NCBI GenBank assembly: GCA_963807605.1
Contig: CAWECG010000004.1
Location: 96,001-160,000, forward strand
Length of the DNA stretch: 64,000 nucleotides
Reading direction: 5' to 3'
Origin: Candidatus Bathyarchaeota archaeon
GTDB taxonomy: Archaea; Thermoproteota; Bathyarchaeia; 40CM-2-53-6; RBG-13-38-9
A program made the translations under genes and the position numbers. Under the pieces are notes generated by a model that ran no database searches, was not told the DNA's origin, and saw only the letters and a program-made list of their open reading frames with translations. Numbering within the stretch: the first letter of the stretch is position 1; every line of letters begins with the position of its first letter. Below are positions 40,055-51,214 of this stretch, piece after piece.

Positions 40055-41041
40055 CTAAACAGGTGGAGGTTCAACGCGCCGTTTATTCTCTGGTAGTCTT
40101 GTCCAAGCTGTGAATTCTTGACTCGGAGGCTCTTCAGCGTACAAATCTTTCCTTCTACATTCCAACAGTCTAATAGGTGAACCCTTGTAGTCAGCAGCTG
40201 ATTGCACAGTGTTCTTTCTGGAATGGGCCGCCTGCAATATTGGGTCGACAAAGTCTCTCCAATCAGGACTTCTCATCAAGTGGTGATCCACTACTGTAGT
40301 TGGCACCTTTTCGCAAAGCCTAGCGAGGTTAACTCCAGCAAGCCTGATGAGTTCCTCCTTCACCAGAGTTCCAGACAGGTAGATTGGAGGACCCCCGACA
40401 ACAAGAAGATTCGGATTCTCTGAAAGAATGCTATCTAAGGATGTCTCGTCGATCGGTCCTTGAACATCGGAAGCATGCGTAATGCTTTCGTCGTCGCGGC
40501 TTACTGTAAGCATTATGACCCAGCCCAATCCGGATCCAGTTTCGCCATGGAAAACAGGCTGAGAGAATCTCAGCGACGTACTCCCAAAGTGGAATTCTCT
40601 TTTGTCTGCTGTGAGAATCTTTTTGGCGTGTTTTTCTGCAAATTTCCAGAAAAGCCAACCCCTCCGTCTCTGAGTTGTGTTTACAGATGTATGGTAGTCT
40701 TTGACAAGTAAGATTTTATCTTGGATGATTTTGGTCGCCTCTTCTGGACTGGAGCCGATGAGTGCGCTGTCGGTGAAGTTGGGGGTATAGTGGTCGTGGT
40801 GATAGTGTGAGATTGTCACCACGTCGGCTTCTTGAGATTTTTCCACAATAATGTTGCGAAGCTCAGCTCGAGTCCGATATTCTGCAGGATGGGGAAGCAG
40901 CCCAAACCTTATCCCGAGAGAAACGCCAGGATCGATCAGAATTCGAACGTCAGGGGTCTCTATAAAAGATGACATCGACCTTGCTCCAAGGCTCTCAAAC
41001 GCCAGCGGATCGAATGATATCTTCCCCATTATGTCTCCCAC
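40055..41041 (-). CDS. UPF0282 MBL-fold metallo-hydrolase
   Basis: ESLGARSM, IDPGVSLG, ISHYHHDH, ASDVQGP and DHHL.R motifs. Confidence 0.88.
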   Translation of the reverse strand: MGDIMGKISFDPLAFESLGARSMSSFIETPDVRILIDPGVSLGIRFGLLPHPAEYRTRAELRNIIVEKSQEADVVTISHYHHDHYTPNFTDSALIGSSPEEATKIIQDKILLVKDYHTSVNTTQRRRGWLFWKFAEKHAKKILTADKREFHFGSTSLRFSQPVFHGETGSGLGWVIMLTVSRDDESITHASDVQGPIDETSLDSILSENPNLLVVGGPPIYLSGTLVKEELIRLAGVNLARLCEKVPTTVVDHHLMRSPDWRDFVDPILQAAHSRKNTVQSAADYKGSPIRLLECRRKDLYAEEPPSQEFTAWTRLPENKRRVEPPPV

Positions 41042-41314
41042 AATAGACGTTGACTGGGAAGCCTAAGATCTCGACTAGCTATCAAGACTATCTACTGGCG
41101 GCTGCCAACTTTTTCGATGCGGGGAAGTAATCTCAGGTGTTGGGAGACTCTCGAGGAAACGCATAAGAACTGCTCTATTCTTCTTAATTGATGGTAGGCA
41201 ATGACGAGTCTGGCCCAATTGAATGAATGATATGGATCTTGAGTGCGGGAGCCTACCGCTTTTACTTTAGCAAATCTATATAGTGAGATCATCCAGTCTT
41301 CTTCGCAGGTCTTG

Positions 41315-42346
41315 ATGATGCGAAGCTTCCCAATAGGCAAGATTCCTGCCCGTGATCTTCAGAGAATTGTCTTTGAGAACTTGGGCGTTTTTAGCAAAAG
41401 TCTACTGGTCGGACCTGGAATCGGTGAAGACGCGGCTGTGGTTAGAACGGGCGGGAATCTGATAGTCTTGTCCACAGATCCTATTACAGGTACGTCAGCC
41501 AACATTGGTTGGCTATCGGTTCACGTAAATGCAAATGACGTTGCAACGCGGGGCGCAAGGCCGGCTTGGTATCTGTGCTCCATCATGCTTCCCAAGAATA
41601 CAAAGGAGGCAGTCCTAAGAGAGATTATGAAGCAAACAGACCAAGCTTGTGTTGAACTTGGTGTGACAGTGGTGGGGGGCCACTCTGAAGTGACGCCGCT
41701 GCTGGAACAGCCAATAGTTGTAGGATTCATGATGGGGGAATGCAAAACAAGAGAGTACATCACTTCTGCAGGTGCGGTAGTAGGTGATGTATTGATACTT
41801 ACAAAAAGCGTTGGAATAGAGGGAACAGCTATAGTGGCTAGAGATTATGCAAGGTTATTGGAGAAGCACTTGCCCATACGGACGTTGAGGAAAGCCCAAC
41901 AGCTTTACAAGAGCATCAGTGTAGTTGAGGATGCTATGGTGGCCGTTGGCGTTGGAAACGTAGATGCCCTGCATGACCCTACTGAAGGCGGCCTCCTTTG
42001 CGGAGTCTGGGAACTTGGAGAAGCGTCCCACCTAGGAGTAAGAATATACACTGAGCAGATTCCAATATCTGGAGAGACTGACGCCGTATGTCGGAGTCTC
42101 AAGATCGACCCTTTAAGGATAATGAGTTCCGGCTCGCTTCTGATAGCTGCTAAACCATTTTCAGTGAAGAAGATAATATCTAGGCTTTCAAGGAGAGGGA
42201 TCGCTGCGACGCAAATAGGCAAATTCACTGAGTACGACCAAGGCAGAACGGTGATCGACCGCGATGGTAGCAGGACAGAATTGAGACCACCTTTCCCTGA
42301 AGAGGTTTACGAAGTGAAAGGAAGGCTGGAATCGTCGAACGAATAG
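41315..42346 (+). CDS. AIR synthase-related protein (PurM/HypE/ThiL fold)
   Basis: GEDAAV, STDPITG, NANDVA, GGHSE and HDPTEGG motifs. Confidence 0.9.
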   Translation: MMRSFPIGKIPARDLQRIVFENLGVFSKSLLVGPGIGEDAAVVRTGGNLIVLSTDPITGTSANIGWLSVHVNANDVATRGARPAWYLCSIMLPKNTKEAVLREIMKQTDQACVELGVTVVGGHSEVTPLLEQPIVVGFMMGECKTREYITSAGAVVGDVLILTKSVGIEGTAIVARDYARLLEKHLPIRTLRKAQQLYKSISVVEDAMVAVGVGNVDALHDPTEGGLLCGVWELGEASHLGVRIYTEQIPISGETDAVCRSLKIDPLRIMSSGSLLIAAKPFSVKKIISRLSRRGIAATQIGKFTEYDQGRTVIDRDGSRTELRPPFPEEVYEVKGRLESSNE

Positions 42347-42359
42347 AGGGACTGACAAA

Positions 42360-42893
42360 TTGAATGTCCTTCGAAATAGATGGTTGATCCTTTCGCTTGG
42401 TTCCGGATTAATCACAACAGGGTTGGTCCTATACTATATCTGGAAGTATCCCCAACCATCGGTATACGGTGAACAATTCATTAAAGACGAGTTTTCACCT
42501 TTGCTGTTTGTGCAGTTTAAACCGATTACCTTGATCTTCATCTTCGGCTTTCTATTTTACGCCTCGCTGATTCAACATTTTGAGAAAAGAATAACTGCCG
42601 TAAGTCATGATGTTCGAATCTTCCTTTTCATGCTCTCTTTCCTGATAACAGTTGGCTCTATCTACGAATTATTCTTCAATTTCGCACTCTGGGGATCTCT
42701 GATGTCGATTACGGGAGTGGTTAATCCCGATATGCTAGTCAACAGATTTCCAAGTCCTAAGACTGCTGTCTCGCTAGTCTACGCCAGCAAAATCGTGATT
42801 CTCGTCTTTGCTGTTTCGTCGTACTCAATGTACTTTCTACATAGAATTGAGCGAGCTCCTGAAGCTCGATCGCGGACAAGTTCTGAACCCTGA
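42360..42893 (+). CDS. Hypothetical multi-pass membrane protein
   Basis: Four hydrophobic segments; 177 aa. Confidence 0.7.
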   Translation: MNVLRNRWLILSLGSGLITTGLVLYYIWKYPQPSVYGEQFIKDEFSPLLFVQFKPITLIFIFGFLFYASLIQHFEKRITAVSHDVRIFLFMLSFLITVGSIYELFFNFALWGSLMSITGVVNPDMLVNRFPSPKTAVSLVYASKIVILVFAVSSYSMYFLHRIERAPEARSRTSSEP

Positions 42894-43122
42894 CTTTGAC
42901 TGATGAACTATTCTCTTCAAAGGGCCAGAAGGAGAAGGTTCTAGACATGGGTCATGAATCTGTGTCCCGTCTGGCATCGTCTTAAATTAACGGCATGTCG
43001 AAATGGAGTGCGTTTTAAGGGGGAGTCGAATTAACGTTCAGATTGATACTTTCGTCGTTCTCTACTGTTTATATCCTTTAAAATGTACAAAGGCTAGCTA
43101 TTTGCGATTAGCCCCGATAAGG

Positions 43123-44379
43123 GTGAACGGTACGGTTGGAGCCACAAAAGCCAGAGACAACCTGATAAGACAGGTTCTACTCAGACCGACGGTTTTCAAA
43201 GATGAAGCACCACTTTCGCTAGAATATATTCCGGCAAAGCTCCCTCACAGGGAAGATAAACTAACCTTCCTAGCACATCTTTTCAGATCCCTCCTTGAGA
43301 AGCCCGGCTCTACAAGCCCGAGAGCCCTGATAACAGGTCCTGTAGGTACAGGAAAAACAGTAATCGCCCAAAAGTTTGGCCTAGACATAGTCAAAACTGC
43401 AAAGGAAAAAAGAATAGGTCTGCACTACGTCCATGTAAATTGTCGTGAGTGCAAAGGAAGCCTGTTCGCAGTCCTGAGGAAGGTAATGAATGAATTTGAA
43501 GGGCAGTTTCCAAAAAGAGGCTTCTCGTCAGAAGAACTATTACAAGCAATCATGCATATCATGGATAAAAGGGGCCTCTTCTTAATACTGGCTTTAGATG
43601 AGCTTGAGGCTTTACTTGAGGCTGATAAATCGGCCCTCTATACCCTTACAAGGGTGCAGGAAGACAGAGTCACATCACCTGCACGCCTCTCACTGATATG
43701 TATGCTTAGAGATCCCAGATACTTGGAAAGCCTTGACCGAAGCACTGTAAGTACACTCCAACAGAATTTCATCGAGCTAAGACCATACGCATCCAGCGAA
43801 CTTCTCACAATTCTCAAAGACAGGATTTCTCTAGCCTTCAAAGAAGGCTCAGTTCAAGACGGCACAGTGGAGATAGCGGCAGATGTAGCCTCATCGAGTG
43901 GAGATGCACGATACGCCATAGAGCTTCTCTGGAGGGCAGGTAAGTATGCTGACTCTGAAGAGAGTAAGGAAGTCAAACCTGAACATGTAAGAAAAGCCGC
44001 TGGAGCAGTCTACCCAACCCTAAGAAATGAATACTTAACCTCGCTCTCCCTCACTGAGAAATTGTTTCTCCTAGCGCTGTCAAGATTTCTAGAAGAGACC
44101 AACATGGCCTATGCGAGCATGGGCGACCTAGAGAACGCATACAAGATCGTCTGTGAAGAATACAATTCCCCGCCTAGGGCGCATACACAGCTTTGGAAGT
44201 ATATGCGACTCTTGAGCGCAACAGGCTTGATCTCGACCAAGCTTTCAGGAAAGGGCACCACAGGAAGGACCACACTAATAGGTTTAACATCCACACCTGC
44301 CTCTACAATGAAGAAATGCATCGAATCTGCTCTGGAAGCGCTCTCAGAAAATGCCAAAAGAGAAAAACTTCGAGCTTGA
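43123..44379 (+). CDS. cdc6: Cdc6/Orc1 replication initiator
   Basis: LSLEYIP..LPHRE, GPVGTGKT, LDE and GDARYAIELL motifs, C-terminal winged helix; start uncertain. Confidence 0.93.
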   Translation: MNGTVGATKARDNLIRQVLLRPTVFKDEAPLSLEYIPAKLPHREDKLTFLAHLFRSLLEKPGSTSPRALITGPVGTGKTVIAQKFGLDIVKTAKEKRIGLHYVHVNCRECKGSLFAVLRKVMNEFEGQFPKRGFSSEELLQAIMHIMDKRGLFLILALDELEALLEADKSALYTLTRVQEDRVTSPARLSLICMLRDPRYLESLDRSTVSTLQQNFIELRPYASSELLTILKDRISLAFKEGSVQDGTVEIAADVASSSGDARYAIELLWRAGKYADSEESKEVKPEHVRKAAGAVYPTLRNEYLTSLSLTEKLFLLALSRFLEETNMAYASMGDLENAYKIVCEEYNSPPRAHTQLWKYMRLLSATGLISTKLSGKGTTGRTTLIGLTSTPASTMKKCIESALEALSENAKREKLRA

Positions 44380-44653
44380 CGAGATCCTGTCCTGTCGAGG
44401 GAAGACTCGTATATTGATGTTGCTCTCGGAGACGGGCGAGTTGAATATCACAGAGATAGCGAAGAGCGTAGGTCTTAATCATTCAAGCATAACCAATCAT
44501 CTCAAACAACTTGCAGAGACCGGGCTTGTTGAAGAGAAGAGATTTGGCAGAATCAGAATCTATAAGTACCGAGATGATGACCCAAGAGCTCAAGCACTAA
44601 GAGCGCTAATCAAAGTCTGGGACGACGTGAGCAACCAGAAATTCAGGGATTAA
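44351..44653 (+). CDS. ArsR-like winged-helix protein
   Basis: GELNITEIAK..GLNH...HL..L...GLVEEKRFGRIRIY; overlaps the end of cdc6. Confidence 0.85.
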   Translation: MPKEKNFELDEILSCRGKTRILMLLSETGELNITEIAKSVGLNHSSITNHLKQLAETGLVEEKRFGRIRIYKYRDDDPRAQALRALIKVWDDVSNQKFRD

Positions 44654-44656
44654 GCG

Positions 44657-45112
44657 ATGCAACAAACAAGCAGATTCAAGATGGTCGACATATCCACTAA
44701 GGATACAGTTACTAGGGAAGCAGTCGCAGTTGGCAGGCTAAAGCTAAGATCGGAAACCGCAAAGAAACTCAAAGAGGGAAAGATTGAGAAGGGCGACCCG
44801 ATCGCCGTAGCGGAAGTGGCGGCCACACTAGCGGCAAAGAATACAAGCCAACTAATACCTCTTTGTCACAACATCCCCATATCGAGGGTAGAGACATCTG
44901 CGTCCGTTGGCGAGGACTACATAGATGTGGAGGTACGTGTCAAGGCCACCGCCAGGACAGGAGTGGAAATGGAGGCTCTCGTTGCAGCCTCGCTATACCT
45001 ACTGAACGTCTGGGATATGGTCAAGAAAGTTGAAAAGGACGAATATGGCCAGTACCCGGAAACCTGGATTGAGTACATTAGAGTAAAAGAGAAACTGAAG
45101 GCCCCGAAGTAA
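44657..45112 (+). CDS. moaC: Cyclic pyranopterin monophosphate synthase
   Basis: MVDIS.K, LIPLCH, TGVEMEAL and WDMVK motifs. Confidence 0.96.
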   Translation: MQQTSRFKMVDISTKDTVTREAVAVGRLKLRSETAKKLKEGKIEKGDPIAVAEVAATLAAKNTSQLIPLCHNIPISRVETSASVGEDYIDVEVRVKATARTGVEMEALVAASLYLLNVWDMVKKVEKDEYGQYPETWIEYIRVKEKLKAPK

Positions 45113-45645
45113 TGAGTAAGACCTCCGAACTTCACAAAGCAGGAGCCAACCCCGGGAAGGGGATTTTCATAATAACCTGCAGCACCTCAAGGTACAATCT
45201 CTTAGAGTCCGGAGCGGAGCCCGAGGATCCCTCAGGTGACTTGATTGAAAGCAAAATGAAAGAGCACGGTCACACTGTATGCGGAAGAAAGCTACTGCCA
45301 GATGATCAAACGATTCTCTCCTCAGTCCTCTCAGACGCTCTTCGAAATCCCGACATCGACTCTATAATAGTGACTGGAGGAACGGGCATCTCTCCGGATG
45401 ATGTTACTGTGGAAGTTGCTGAGAGAATGTTTGACAAGAAACTCCCAGGCTTCGGCGAAATTCTCAGGAGGATAAGCTACGATGAGATAGGTTCTTCAGT
45501 GGTCTTGACTAGGGCAACCGCAGGAATAGTGTCGAAGAAACCAATATTCTGCATCCCCGGTTCGCCAGACGCGGTCAAGAGATCACTTGACAAACTGATT
45601 CTACCAGAACTCCCCCACATACTCAAGCACGCTCAAGGGCGTTAA
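45112..45645 (+). CDS. moaB: Molybdopterin adenylyltransferase MoaB/MogA
   Basis: TGGTGISPDDVT, PGFGE and PGSP motifs. Confidence 0.92.
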   Translation: MSKTSELHKAGANPGKGIFIITCSTSRYNLLESGAEPEDPSGDLIESKMKEHGHTVCGRKLLPDDQTILSSVLSDALRNPDIDSIIVTGGTGISPDDVTVEVAERMFDKKLPGFGEILRRISYDEIGSSVVLTRATAGIVSKKPIFCIPGSPDAVKRSLDKLILPELPHILKHAQGR

Positions 45646-45652
45646 GAGAAGC

Positions 45653-46588
45653 TTGACTACTGACAGGTACGGTCGACCCCTCATCAATCTGCGAATATCC
45701 TTGACACAGAAATGTGACCTAGAGTGTTTCTATTGTCATAGGGAAGGTCAGGAACATTCGCACGTTGAGATGACTCCTGAGGAGATTTTCAGAATAACGA
45801 AGGTTGGAACTAATTTTGGGATAAGAAAGATCAAGCTTACGGGGGGAGAACCACTTACCCGAGGAGATCTTGGAGAGATCATTCGTCTCCTTGCAACTCT
45901 GTCAAGTATACAGGAGATCTCCCTCGTCACCAACGCTCGGCAACTCACATTCGAGCGGGCGCTGGAGTTGAAGCGTTCAGGACTCAATAGAGTCAACATC
46001 AACCTTCCCTCGATAAACGAGAAGACATACAAGAAGATAGTTGGCAAGGATCTGGACACAGCCTTGGCAGGAGTCAAATCCGCGGTCCAAGCACAACTTA
46101 ACCCTGTCAAAATAAACATGGTTGTGCTCAGAGGACTGAACTCAGATGACATCCAATCCATGATGAATTTCACAGAGGATATCGGCGCCGTGCTTCAGCT
46201 GATAGAGCTTGAGCCGATAAAGAAGGCTGAGAGCTTCTACCGGCAATACCATTATTCACTTGACGAGTTTGAACGGGAAATATCCTCTAAGGCGAGTCAG
46301 ATCAGAGTGAGGCACTCTATGCAGAAAAGAAAGGTCTACACACTTGGCAAGCTAGACGTAGAGATTGTAAAGCCCGTGGAGAATACGGACTTCTGTATGC
46401 ACTGCACAAAGCTGAGGCTGACAAGCGATGGTAAGTTGAAACCTTGCCTCATGACTCAGGACAATCTGCTAGATATTCTGATCCCACTTAGGAACGGAGA
46501 GGATCCCACGGTGCTGCATCGGATCTTCAGTGACGCGATAACCGGTCGCAAACCATACTACCCAACTGTTCGACTTGGTCCCACATAA
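45653..46588 (+). CDS. moaA: GTP 3',8-cyclase (radical SAM)
   Basis: CDLECFYC, LTGGEP and C..C.KLRLT.DGKLKPCL motifs. Confidence 0.95.
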   Translation: MTTDRYGRPLINLRISLTQKCDLECFYCHREGQEHSHVEMTPEEIFRITKVGTNFGIRKIKLTGGEPLTRGDLGEIIRLLATLSSIQEISLVTNARQLTFERALELKRSGLNRVNINLPSINEKTYKKIVGKDLDTALAGVKSAVQAQLNPVKINMVVLRGLNSDDIQSMMNFTEDIGAVLQLIELEPIKKAESFYRQYHYSLDEFEREISSKASQIRVRHSMQKRKVYTLGKLDVEIVKPVENTDFCMHCTKLRLTSDGKLKPCLMTQDNLLDILIPLRNGEDPTVLHRIFSDAITGRKPYYPTVRLGPT

Positions 46589-46647
46589 TCCGAGAGGGAA
46601 GAGACTCTGAGACCTCTTGGAGCCATGCACATGAACCTATCTTCAGG

Positions 46648-48390
46648 CTAGTTATGTGCGTAGTAGATCCTTACTGATTCATCCTTAATCTCGTCTATTC
46701 GCCCAAACCCAAATCTGACAAGTTGGACCATTCTATCCGGTTTCTCTTCAGCCAGCAAGGGTTCACATAATCCAGATATTGTCATCGCATCCGGCATCAA
46801 AACCTCCAACTTAATGTTACCTTCTAGAGGTAGCCAATGGATGAGTGGAGCACCCGTCCTTCGGGCCTCAAGGTAGTCTGTGCTGTGTAATGTAGCCCAA
46901 ACGGTCTTCCCATCTGACCTGACGTACTCGACATTGAAGAGCTCCATAAGTCTGACAAAGCCTCTCTTCAAGGTCTCCAAGTCACTCCTCGAAACAAGCA
47001 ATCTCGCCGTATGGTCATTGCACTTGACATTGAGGGTACGGTGTCCCTTAGATCGATCGTTTGGGTTCACCAGTGGCTTGGAGACATAGTCTTCATTCAA
47101 ACCCTCTACAACCAGTTCTAATGGCTCGTGAATGAAGAAGTATCTGTTAGCTATAGGATCGATGATTTTTCTGTTGATTGCATATATGTTCTCCCAACTT
47201 AGTGTTGCATCAACTGGTCGGGGGCCTATCTCCAAAGCGATCCTGCGTAATGTCTGTGGAGTGATGCCTCTTCTCCTCAAGGCTATTAGTGTGGCCAGTC
47301 TCGGATCATCCAGGCTCTTGACTAAGCCGTCAGAGAGCATCTGCATTATCTTGGATTTACTGAGGGTGGTTCCCTCGACCTTGAGTCTCCCATAATGGAT
47401 TGTTTCGGGATAAATCCATGCGAAATGCTTGTACATGTAGATTTGCCTAGTCTCATTTGTAAGATGCTCTTTTCCTCTTATGATGTGTGTTATGCCCATC
47501 AGGTGATCGTCTATGCCTGTTGAGAAGTTGTAGAGCGGCCACACTTTGTACTTAGAACCAACTCTTGGGTGTGGGTTCTTTTCCGTGTCAATTATTCTAA
47601 GGGCAGGCCAGTCCCTTACAGCTGGGTTTGGATGAGAGAGTTCTGTCTTTACCCTCACTACAGCCTCTCCTTCACGAAGGTCACCATTCAGCATTCCTCG
47701 CCATCTCTCCGCCTGCTCTGCCTTGGGGAGATCCCTGCAACCGCAGGCCTTCATAGCGAGTACGTTTTCCCTGAAGGACTCAGGCTTACATGTACAGACG
47801 TAAGCCCCTCCGATCTGAAGGAGCTTTGTTGCATGTTCATAATAGATGGGTATCCGGTCGCTCTGAATAAACTCCGAATCCCATCCGCAGCCCAGCCAGG
47901 AGAGGTCCTTCCTTATCATGTCATAAAACTCGAGTGCAGATTTCTTCAATCGTGGATCCGTGTCTTCGAATCTAAGGAGGAACTTCCCCTCATACATTCT
48001 GGCATAGTCGTGGGACAGAATTACCGCTCGAATCGAGCCCAGATGGAGGGCACAGTCAGGGTTTGGTGAGAATCTTGTAACAACTTCTTTGTATTTCTCG
48101 ACGTTGGCCAAAGGAGGAAGGGTTTTTGGCCTTTCAGCCTTGGCTAACTCATGCGCCTCAGGCCAGCTTTTTGCCAATATGGCTTTCTGCTTCGCAAGAG
48201 TAAGAGTGTTTATCTCCTTAACAATCTCGGAGACGAGTTTGGCAACCTCTTTAGCATCCTTTCGAAGCTCGGCTCTCTCTCCGAGGACCTTGCCAACAAC
48301 TGGTCCAACATCAGCATTGCCGTCATGCGCAATCGCGTTGAGGAGTGAGTACCGCCTAATGATCCCTCTTAGCTCCTCGGATTCCCACAA
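46648..48390 (-). CDS. gltX: Glutamate--tRNA ligase
   Basis: RFSPNP...HLGS, RFEDTDP, THIIRGKEH and LSKS motifs; start approximate. Confidence 0.96.
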   Translation of the reverse strand: MWESEELRGIIRRYSLLNAIAHDGNADVGPVVGKVLGERAELRKDAKEVAKLVSEIVKEINTLTLAKQKAILAKSWPEAHELAKAERPKTLPPLANVEKYKEVVTRFSPNPDCALHLGSIRAVILSHDYARMYEGKFLLRFEDTDPRLKKSALEFYDMIRKDLSWLGCGWDSEFIQSDRIPIYYEHATKLLQIGGAYVCTCKPESFRENVLAMKACGCRDLPKAEQAERWRGMLNGDLREGEAVVRVKTELSHPNPAVRDWPALRIIDTEKNPHPRVGSKYKVWPLYNFSTGIDDHLMGITHIIRGKEHLTNETRQIYMYKHFAWIYPETIHYGRLKVEGTTLSKSKIMQMLSDGLVKSLDDPRLATLIALRRRGITPQTLRRIALEIGPRPVDATLSWENIYAINRKIIDPIANRYFFIHEPLELVVEGLNEDYVSKPLVNPNDRSKGHRTLNVKCNDHTARLLVSRSDLETLKRGFVRLMELFNVEYVRSDGKTVWATLHSTDYLEARRTGAPLIHWLPLEGNIKLEVLMPDAMTISGLCEPLLAEEKPDRMVQLVRFGFGRIDEIKDESVRIYYAHN

Positions 48391-48672
48391 AACAACCACT
48401 ACAATTGCCCGGTTGGCAGATTGTGAACTGAATAACATCAGAACCCGATTTAAATAATCATCGAATTTCCAATTACCGAGCTTCAGCAACTTACATGGAA
48501 GCTACATTTGTCGATGATGTTCTTTTATTTGCCAAGCTAAGTAATTTATGAGACGCCTATAAGCACCCTTAAAGCGCTAGGGTTGTAGACCGATCTCTTA
48601 TTACATTAGCGTATGAATTCTGCTCGTGCCCTTGAAGGCGCGCGCGTAATCTCAGTATGCGCTATGGTCAAT

Positions 48673-49935
48673 CTATGTGCCTGACTTCCAGCTCTTCAGG
48701 TACTTGGCCTGTTCCTCAGTTAACGTGTCTATAATCATTCCCATGCTCTCAAGAGCCATGTGAGCAACTTTCCTATCGATTTCTTCAGGAACCCTGTGAA
48801 CTATCTTCCCAAGAGAACGTCCACTTTTTGCGATGTACTCTGCACAGAGCGCTTGGTTTGCGAATGACATCATCATGACCTCACACGGATGACCTTCCGC
48901 TGCGCCAAGATTGACCAACCTACCTTCGGCAAGAAGGTACAGCTTCTTTCCCTCTTTCAGCGTATATTCTTCAACGTTAGGTCTAACTGTCCTTTTGGAT
49001 CTCGACATTGACTCCAGTTCGTCAACTTTGACCTCAATGTTGAAGTGACCTGAGTTAGCCAGGATTGCGCCGTCCTTCATCTTCTCCATCTCTTTTCTTG
49101 TGATCACGCCAACATCGCCTGTAGCTGTAACAAATATATCTCCAATCTCGGACGCTTCCAGAATCGGCATGACACGGAAACCATCCATCGCTGCCTCAAG
49201 CGCTCTCAGCGGGTCAACCTCTGTGACGATAACGTTTGATCCCATTCCTTTGGCTCTTGTCGCTATCCCCCTGCCGCACCAGCCGTAGCCGCACACAACG
49301 AAGTTCTTCCCTGCAAGAAGTAACGAGGTTGCCCTCAGGATGCCATCTATTGTACTCTGTCCGGTTCCATACCTGTTGTCGAATAGATACTTTGAGTAGG
49401 CATCATTAACCGCTATTATCGGATAATTCAATGCGGCAGAATTTGCCATAGCCCTAAGCCTGATTACTCCGCTGGTCGTCTCCTCTGTCCCAGCTATCAC
49501 GTTCTCGCCAAGCTGAGGAAACTTGGTGTGAAGGAGACTAACTAGGTCCGCTCCATCGTCCAAGGTTATGTCGACATCATGTTCGGCTACCTTTTCAAGA
49601 CACCAGTAGTATTCCTCATTGTTCTCCCCGCGCCAGGCGTAGGTGTGTACTCCTTCTCTGGCCAGTGCGGCAGCAATATCATCCTGGGTGGAGAGTGGGT
49701 TCGACCCACAAAGTGCGACCTCTGCTCCTCCAGAGATCAGGGTACGTACAAGGACTGCAGTCTCCTTGGTCACATGCAAACATGCGCCTAATTTCAGATT
49801 TTTTAGCGGTTTTCTCTTCTTAAAGTCCTCTCTTATAGTCATCAGAACGGGCATGTGTGCTTCTGCCCAGTCAATGGACTTTAGTCCTTCCTCAGACAGT
49901 GTCTCGTCCTTAACCTTGTATTTCATCAAGATCAT
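48673..49935 (-). CDS. ahcY: Adenosylhomocysteinase
   Basis: [32 protein letters not shown] and GYGWCGRG motifs. Confidence 0.97.
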   Translation of the reverse strand: MILMKYKVKDETLSEEGLKSIDWAEAHMPVLMTIREDFKKRKPLKNLKLGACLHVTKETAVLVRTLISGGAEVALCGSNPLSTQDDIAAALAREGVHTYAWRGENNEEYYWCLEKVAEHDVDITLDDGADLVSLLHTKFPQLGENVIAGTEETTSGVIRLRAMANSAALNYPIIAVNDAYSKYLFDNRYGTGQSTIDGILRATSLLLAGKNFVVCGYGWCGRGIATRAKGMGSNVIVTEVDPLRALEAAMDGFRVMPILEASEIGDIFVTATGDVGVITRKEMEKMKDGAILANSGHFNIEVKVDELESMSRSKRTVRPNVEEYTLKEGKKLYLLAEGRLVNLGAAEGHPCEVMMMSFANQALCAEYIAKSGRSLGKIVHRVPEEIDRKVAHMALESMGMIIDTLTEEQAKYLKSWKSGT

Positions 49936-49944
49936 TACCTCTAT

Positions 49945-51078
49945 TCAACTGGGTTTTGTCTCAAGATAAAACTCGATTTTGTTTGGGTCAAACTCCTCGT
50001 CGTTTAGAACATTGATTATGAAGTTGAAGATCTTTCTTCTCCTGGCGGTCTCTAGTTTCGGATAGTAAAGTGGATGAGCAACAACTGCACCTCTGAATGC
50101 ATAAAAAGGGGCCATCACCTTAAGGATCTCCCAATCTTCTGTCCTCTCCAGATATTGATTCAAAAAAATATCGAAGAGCTCCTTAAATGGCGGAACCAAT
50201 TCTCCGTGTTTCCACACACTGAAGAAGAGATAGTTGATGCTAATACTGGTAAGATCATCTGCCGGTTCACCATACTCCTCCCTCGCGAGATCAAGAGCCA
50301 ACAACGAGTTGTCTTCCTTGAATCTTACATTTCCAAAGGGATGTATGTCCCCGTGAATGCGGCTGCATCTGTGAGATAAATATTTGATTCTATTCCTCCA
50401 GTGGACAGCTTCGGTTTCTATTCTCTCAAGCTCTTTAGCTGAGGTGAAATCCAAAGTTTCAGGATGGGGATAGGTATCTATTACCCCCATCAGCATTTCA
50501 CCGTGACCTATCAAGTCGCGGACGTGCCGCATGTACAATTTTGGATCAGGCTTCTTGACTGAGTGCAAGTTCGCCAAGTAATCCGCTATAGCTCTGACAC
50601 GAATCTTATCATTATCCAACAGACTTCCTCTATCAGAGACTTTGAACAGATCATTTGAGTATGAGATCCATTCCGCATCCTGTACTTCCTCGACAAAATG
50701 GAAGAACTCAATCGAATCGCCGAGCGATGTGATTGACCCACTTGATGTCAAAGCAGCTACATCAAGCGATTTTGAGCATGTCCCCGGAGGAGCCATTTCA
50801 AACAACTTGTGCTGGAGCAAAAGAACGCCGCCACGATCTCCTAAGTAATCATGCCCCCAACCAGTATCCCCCCGAACGACTCTCATAACGAGCCTCTCAG
50901 TACCGGTATCCGTAGACAGGACGATTAGAAAGCCGGCATTATGGAACCCCTCACCCAACTTCTTTGAAGATACTAGCTTCACGGGGCGCTTCAGCAACCG
51001 GCCAAAATAAGCCTCCAGACTCTCAGGTGTAACCTCGTAAGTGACCGAGCCAACGGGAAAGCTCAAACTCATCAGCAA
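49945..51078 (-). CDS. Aminoglycoside phosphotransferase / kinase-like protein
   Basis: LGEGFH glycine loop, IHGDIHP Brenner-like motif and LD..R.EYGEPADD. Confidence 0.8.
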   Translation of the reverse strand: MLMSLSFPVGSVTYEVTPESLEAYFGRLLKRPVKLVSSKKLGEGFHNAGFLIVLSTDTGTERLVMRVVRGDTGWGHDYLGDRGGVLLLQHKLFEMAPPGTCSKSLDVAALTSSGSITSLGDSIEFFHFVEEVQDAEWISYSNDLFKVSDRGSLLDNDKIRVRAIADYLANLHSVKKPDPKLYMRHVRDLIGHGEMLMGVIDTYPHPETLDFTSAKELERIETEAVHWRNRIKYLSHRCSRIHGDIHPFGNVRFKEDNSLLALDLAREEYGEPADDLTSISINYLFFSVWKHGELVPPFKELFDIFLNQYLERTEDWEILKVMAPFYAFRGAVVAHPLYYPKLETARRRKIFNFIINVLNDEEFDPNKIEFYLETKPS

Positions 51079-51214
51079 CTACGCCTCAATTCTTTCTGAA
51101 ACCAAGACTCTATCGCATGATCGGAATTGATAACCCTAATCGGCTGATCTCTAAGACCCATATTACTTAGGCTCCTCTTATTAGGGCCTTCAACAGCATG
51201 CTGAAATGGTCTAA

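Noticed and set aside
42894-43122. Possible replication origin upstream of cdc6
   Set aside because: There are some AT-rich patches and a G-run, but no recognisable repeated ORB boxes.
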